Assembly (NCBI GenBank): GCA_964187785.1
Contig: OZ076412.1
Span: 13,144,001-13,208,000 of the forward strand
Direction: 5' to 3'
DNA from: Amphiscolops sp. MND2022
Taxonomy: Eukaryota
Length of the DNA stretch: 64,000 nucleotides
Within the stretch, counting starts at the first letter, position 1. Each line of letters begins with the position of its first letter. This document shows, piece after piece, positions 58,518-64,000 of this stretch. Under the pieces are notes generated by a model. That model was not told the origin of the DNA and ran no database searches. It was given only the letters and a program-made list of their open reading frames with translations. The position numbers and the translations under genes were made by a program.

Positions 58518-58978
58518 AACCAAGCCGGGAACGGCATAAGTCGGCGCCATATTTAAGGCTCAAAAACAGCAAAAGTACTTCAAAAGGTCGCGTATTTTAT
58601 TACACAACCCGAAAACCCAAAAGTTGGACCGAATGGGCGCGTCGGGGCCCGCTAAAAGGGGGACCCTTTCGGATCTTTCAACATATCATTTCTATCGCAA
58701 AACAGGGCCCTTCGGGGAATTTCTTTTTGAAAAAAAGTCTTACAATGTCGAAGTCGAAAAAAGCTGAAATGGGGACACTTTAGTCTCGCCTGGTACTGTA
58801 TGTTACGCGGGAAAAAAGGAATTTTTTTTGGTTCAGTTCTCTCGGCCACATGGTTCAATTTGACACCAGAAAGTTGCGTAGAACTTTGTAGAACTAATTT
58901 TGGGTCAGTTCGTGTGGATTGAAAAAAAGTCACTCAAATATTCATTCGCTTTTTACTTCATGAAGCGCCGCCTAAAAA
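58518..58978 (-). mobile_element. Full-length HINE-family element
   Basis: aaccaaGCCGggaaCGGCataagtcggcgcc ... gaagcgccgcctaaaaa. Confidence 0.7.
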
Positions 58979-59718
58979 CCACCGAAAGCACGGGCTTCGA
59001 GCGTTTTTCGAGACCCTTACACCCTTATCGTGAGAAACGCAATTCGAGACGAAACCATTACGATACACATCCCGGTAAAATGGATTTTAGTCACGCAGCG
59101 TAATCTGTGTAATCCGTAAATCTGTGACAGTTCGTATATTGTGCTCAATCATTGTCCATGCGGGGTTATGAATATCCCTCATTGTTTGACTCTGTTGAAT
59201 TAATAGATGACATCCGACACAAGATAATTCCAAAATAGAAGCATTTTCAAATAATTGATTACAGTAATGTTAAAGCTAATAATTTCAAAATAGGTAATCC
59301 GGGTGGTATGTGTTCATTTCACCCTGTTCCATATCACCACAAAATAATTTCACAACACTCTTATTCATTCCCCCATTCTAATTGACCGTTAATAACATCA
59401 TTTAAATTGACTTTTTAAAGGCAAAATTTTGATGTCTAGGGTCACATTGTCTAAACTTCGGTTTTATTGACAGGTTAATTATCGGAAGGAAATAGCTGCT
59501 GACAAATACTTTAATATTAGGAGCAAAATAACTTTCAAACATCAAAAATGAGACCGGAATGACTGGTCAAGAGGTCTAAGTTTTCTTATAAAGGTTCGCA
59601 TCATCCTTAGTTGAAGATTTCGCAACGCAAGGAGAGCTGCATTTTGAATGACAGACAAAAGGAAAGATTTTCAGAGCTTGTAAACAAATATTAACGATTT
59701 TGGACAGTGAAATTTTTG

Positions 59719-60434
59719 GGTGTCAGGACATTTCATCCTATGCAATTTCAACCATTGCCTTTTCAACCGTTCACTTCCAACCTGTTGCAGTTTCAAGTTC
59801 TGCAATTTCGAGCTACATTTATTTTGACTGATTGATCCTGATTAGTTATATAATTATTTTAGGTTGTTTTCATTTACATACATTTCTAAAACCAGTTATG
59901 CTAATTTTTATGCGAGCTTTGATGCGATTTTGGCTTTTTCATGAATAGTAAGCATATCAGATGATAAGTGAATCGTCTCAGCTTTCGTTCCTAATTTTCA
60001 GCCAATCACCGGCCACCAAACTCAAAGTGCTTTACAATCAGAAGTCAAGTGAACAATATCAGCATCCAAGTGAGTTAGCAAATAAGAATCACCAAGGAAA
60101 GCTTTCAAATTAAACAAACGCTGACCAAAGAATGCTACATACACAAAATCGTATGCTTCGTTCGCTTACACTTTCATTCAAGCTACCATTTCGTTCACAT
60201 TATTTGAGATTTGCTGTAGCAAGCTAATCAATTTCTATTGGTTGTTCATTCAACACCTGATATGCTTCATTTAATGCGGAAACGGTGTATTAACTATTTT
60301 TAATGAAGTAATACCTCAACCGAATTAGGACTAATTAGCCAAAATTAGTTTAGGTTGAAATTGCGGAAGGTTGAAATTTCAATAGTTTGAATTGTCAACG
60401 GTTGAAATTGCATAGGACGAAATGTCATGAAACC
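59719..60434. mobile_element. MuDR-like MITE with GG termini (about 716 bp)
   Basis: TIRs ggtgtcaggacatttcatcctatgcaatttcaacc versus ggttgaaattgcataggacgaaatgtcatgaaacc, with subterminal ttcaacc repeats. No clear TSD. Confidence 0.7.
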
Positions 60435-60760
60435 AAACTTCAGTGTGTTCCGGTTTGTTGGATCATGCATCACTGTATCTGCCAAAATTGCATAGCACGA
60501 AATGTCCTGAAAGTTGTAGGCATCGTTTGATCATTAAACTAGTAATTAAAATTACCAAGATTATCATTTACAATCTGTTGATTCAAGGTATTTTTCTTTG
60601 AGCACTTCGATGAAATTAGGTGACGGTGATAATAAGCACAGGGACGGGAAGCATTTAAACACTAAGTTGTGGGATGAAATGAATGACGTTGAACCACCCG
60701 GGTGACCAACTTTAAACTCAGTCATTGAATTCCTGTAGAATTGGCCTATCAATTGTGACG

Positions 60761-61053
60761 TCATTTGGCCTTAGCATATGCCAATCTCCTCAGCAACAGA
60801 TTGTACTCGTTTGAATTGTGCAAAAGGTCGTTTCTGTTGCCGTTCATCAGGTCGAGGGGCGCTTCTTTGAGGTCATCGGCGAGCAGGGGGTTAGCACCGT
60901 GGTCCAGCAATACAAGGGCAAGGTTGAGTTTGCCGTATTTCACACAGTAGTGAAGAGAAGTCCACTGATTGGCTGACCTCTGGTTCACGTCAGCTCCGTA
61001 ATTTATCAGGATTCGTGCCAGCTGTATAGAGTCTTGGAACGGCTTTATACACA
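60761..61053 (-). CDS. Terminal exon of an ankyrin-repeat protein; upstream exons not identified
   Basis: Acceptor ttgttttag| at 61053. CIKPFQDSIQLARILINYGADVNQRSANQWTSLHYCVKYGKLNLALVLLDHGANPLLAD...* shows the ankyrin consensus GADVN..TxLH...L..LL..GA.P. Confidence 0.85.
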
Positions 61054-61686
61054 CTAAAACAAGAATGAAGATGTCAAAAATGCATGCGAAAACCACTCTT
61101 AACGGAAATAGGAACAACTTTGGCCTTTTTTGGGTACCCTTTAGACTTGGAACAAAAAGTGTTTTCTTAAAAAATACACCGACTGAAAGGAGTACTTCAG
61201 TTAGTTTTAGTATGTTGAGAACCAAAGAGACAGTAACAAGTAGAACGCACATTTAATGGCAACAACAGGCTAAGAAAACCATTGAATGAAAACCAAAAAT
61301 GACTGAAATTGATTTAGGTGAGAAAACAATGGCTAAATGAACTATGACAGATTCATTTCTAGGATGATTTCGTTTCATGGGTTCAGGGAGAAATGCAAGT
61401 TCACAAGAGTTTAACATGACAGCCACTCAACAGATAACGTACAAAACACTCATATTAGAAAAAGAGAGCCCCACGAAATAATTAGCCAAAATGAAGATAA
61501 GACAAAATGGGGATTCCGTAAGACAGGCATATAAATATCTTTTAACTATCTGTGACCTTTCACCTCAGAGCTTAAACACAAAAAGAGAGAAAGTTAAGTG
61601 ATTTTTTTGCAAAAGCGAACCTATTTGCATTATAAATTTGAAGGGAATTAATGCTACCGATGAGGAGTTTGGTCACGAAAACATTA

Positions 61687-62365
61687 AACAAGCCGGGACC
61701 GGCCCAAGTCGGCGCCATATCCAAGGCTCAAAAATAGCAAAAAGACTTCCAAGTGTCAAGTACTCTATTACAGTACTCGAAAATCGAAATTTTTTGAAAA
61801 AAAATTTTTTGAAAAAATTACATACTCAAAAAAATGGACCGAGTGGCGCGCCGGGGCTCGCTAGCGCAAGCCCCTGGCGCGCTAAAGTCTCACAATGCCG
61901 AAAAACTGAAAGGGGGGACCCTTTGAGGTTTTTCAACATCCATTCTGTCGCAAAACATGAAAAAACTGAAGAAAACAAAAATTTTCATTTTCGGGAAAAA
62001 ATCTCACAATGCCGAAAAAAAACTGAAAGGAGGGACCCTTTGGGATTTTTCAACATCCATTCTGTCGCAAAACATCAAAAAAATGCAGGGGGGACCCTTT
62101 GGGGAAAAATTTTTTTTTCGAAAAAAAAGTCTCGCAGTGTTGAAAAAAATGAAAGGGGGGAGTCTTTGGTGTTGCCCGGTATGGTATGTTACGCGGAAAA
62201 ACAGGAAAAACCTTTTTGGTTCAGTTCGCTAGACCAAATAGTGCATTTTGATGCAAAAATATTTTGTAGAACTTTTGTAGAACTATTTTGGTCAGTTCGT
62301 GTGGATAGAAAAAAAAAGAGTCACTATAATAGTCGCGTTTCACTTCATGAAGCGCCGACTAAAAA
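61687..62365 (-). mobile_element. Full-length young HINE-family element
   Basis: aacaaGCCGggacCGGCccaagtcggcgcc ... gaagcgccgactaaaaa. The head is nearly identical to those at 34917 and 63812. Confidence 0.78.
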
Positions 62366-62487
62366 CACAAATTACAGCCAAACATCAATTCGGTCTCAAG
62401 GGATTGCATTATTGCTTTGCTGTTTTTTTTCTGCGGACGTCTAGTTGAAAAACTAAATTTTTGTTGAAAACAAAACTGATTTGTGGG

Positions 62488-63700
62488 TACACTAGTATTC
62501 GTCTAAATTCAATTGCTCTAATGTCAAATATCGTCTAATATCACACGAAAGGTGTGTCCCCGACGGGAGTGCATGTATCAACATTGTAAATTGTTTGCGT
62601 AATGTCACATTGTTTAATATCACAATTCGTGTTATTTCACTCAAATCGTTTGTTCCAATGGTCACTCTGATTTCCTCTAATTTCACATTTCTTAGAAATA
62701 ACTCACAATTTCTGAGAAATCGCTTTGAATGTTTGTATTATTTCTTCAGATTTGAATTATGATTTCTGCTAAAAAGCAGCGTGTCGAGTTTTCCCTTGCT
62801 CAGCGTTATTAAATTGTGAGCAAATTGAAGAATGGCGAAAAACAGCAATCCATCGCAGAACAATACAATGTGGACCGCTAAACAGTAGCAAAAATAAAAG
62901 AATTCGCTGTCAAGTAAAGAAGAATTTGAATCTGGGAAAACAAATGTTTCAATCAAACGCAAAAAATCAATTCGATTTGAAGATATTGAGCCAAAACTGT
63001 TGGTTTATCTAAATGGGCAGTGGTACACCTGGGTTAACTGGCAATCATTTACTTGGAAAGCCCCAAGATTGCAAGAGAAGAAGGTTTTGATGAAGGCGAA
63101 ATATTAGCCCTTGACATGAATTGGAATAACCGGTTCAAAAATCGAAGGAACATTGTTCACAAAAAATTGCATGGTGAGGCTACTTCGGCTGATTTGACTG
63201 CCCTGAACACGTTTTTATTGTCGAAACGACTGCGTTTGCAGAAGGAATGGGTTGAGTCACAATAGATGAATATAACAGCGCTGATAGCCCTCTCGAGACC
63301 GCATTCAATGAGCAAGATTCTAGAAGGGATGACTGTAATGATGTGCAAAATGACGGGGTCCAGCAAGAGACTGTCAGCGATAATGACGCGGATGAGACTA
63401 ACCAAGTTCCAACAGTGTCAGATGCCATTTAATGCTCTTTCGACAATTCAATAGTTTCTGGAAAACAGTGAAGGAGGCTATGATCATTTGAAAAATATGG
63501 AAAAAGCTGAGCGACTTTGTGTTTAAAATCAAAAACGCAGTCAATTATAATTGATTATTTTCAATCCTGTTGATCATATTACAAATTTTGTACAATGTCA
63601 CATTTTATTTTTTGAATAATTGAAATGTGAAATTAAAGCAATTTTTCTAATGTCACATCGTAATTTGGGTCCGAGGCGACGTGACATTAGACGTATTTTG
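62488..63700 (+). mobile_element. pogo/Tigger deletion derivative; CENP-B-like HTH remnants, DDE domain absent
   Basis: RVEFSLAQRY*IVSKLKNGEKQQSIAEQYNVDR (psq-type HTH) and WNNRFKNRRNIVHKKLHGEATSAD (Tc5-type HTH), then an acidic tail. Terminal ctaatgtcac / gtgacattag inverted motifs. Confidence 0.75.
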
Positions 63701-63811
63701 TTTGTTGACAGTGATGACCAGTAAAAGAGGATCCTATCGAATATCTCGTATAGGATCCTATGAATATTTTTTTCCGGAAACTCTCACTACACTAGTTTCT
63801 ATGGTGAAACT

Positions 63812-64000
63812 AACAAGCCGGGACCGGCCCAAGTCGGCGCCATATCCAAGGCTCAAAAATAGCAAAAACACTTCCAAGTGTCAAGTATTCGTTTACAGTA
63901 GTCGAAAATCGAAAATTTTTCGAATTTTTTTTTGAAAAAATTACATACTAAAAAAATGGACCGAGTGGCGCGCTAACGTCTCACAATGCCAAAAAACTGA
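63812..64000 (-). mobile_element. HINE-family element, truncated by the window edge
   Basis: aacaagccgggaccggcccaagtcggcgccatatccaaggctcaaaaatagc. Confidence 0.75.

Noticed and set aside
60761-61252. The full 163-aa ORF as a single-exon gene
   Set aside because: The part above 61053 is hydrophobic, T-rich intron-like sequence with good acceptors; only the ankyrin portion looks coding.
61638-62444. 268-aa ORF, and similar 60-145-aa ORFs rich in K/F/G/P (GGPF, KGPP, SQCRK)
   Set aside because: They are chance translations of HINE repeat sequence with A/T runs, are not conserved in frame between copies, and contain no domain.

Overview
This is AT-rich, transposon-dense eukaryotic nuclear DNA, probably from an invertebrate animal. 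It has GT-AG introns and no prokaryotic operons, rRNA or CRISPR arrays. The repeat style gives me an unverified impression of an acoel genome. Contents: (1) a minus-strand multi-exon orphan gene or small gene cluster (about 20.35 kb down to 2.9 kb) with very large Ser/Asn/Thr-rich exons, one carrying a 16 x 96-bp in-frame coding minisatellite; (2) a small plus-strand spliced gene piece (13.9-14.5 kb) whose peptide appears homologous to the C-terminal domain of the minus-strand 8.4-9.3 kb exon, an unrecognised domain; (3) a dominant non-autonomous family with Helentron/HINE (DINE-1-like) termini, over a dozen copies and fragments, several carrying a tRNA-like A/B-box module; (4) a young, nearly intact BEL/Pao LTR retrotransposon (37716-46296, 1055-bp LTRs, GCATA TSD, gag-pol in one frame with two in-frame stops) inserted into a GG..CC MITE; (5) a 5.97-kb tandem duplication (44029-55975) that copies the integrase, the 3' LTR and flanking DNA; (6) decayed CR1/L2-like and RTE-like LINEs, hAT and pogo remnants, several MITEs and a near-perfect 165-bp hairpin; (7) the last exon of an ankyrin-repeat gene (60761-61053, minus). 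All alignments and translations beyond the supplied ORF track were done by eye. HINE strand convention: + means TTTTTAGTCGGCGC at the left end and GCGCCGACTT-hairpin-CTTGTT at the right end.
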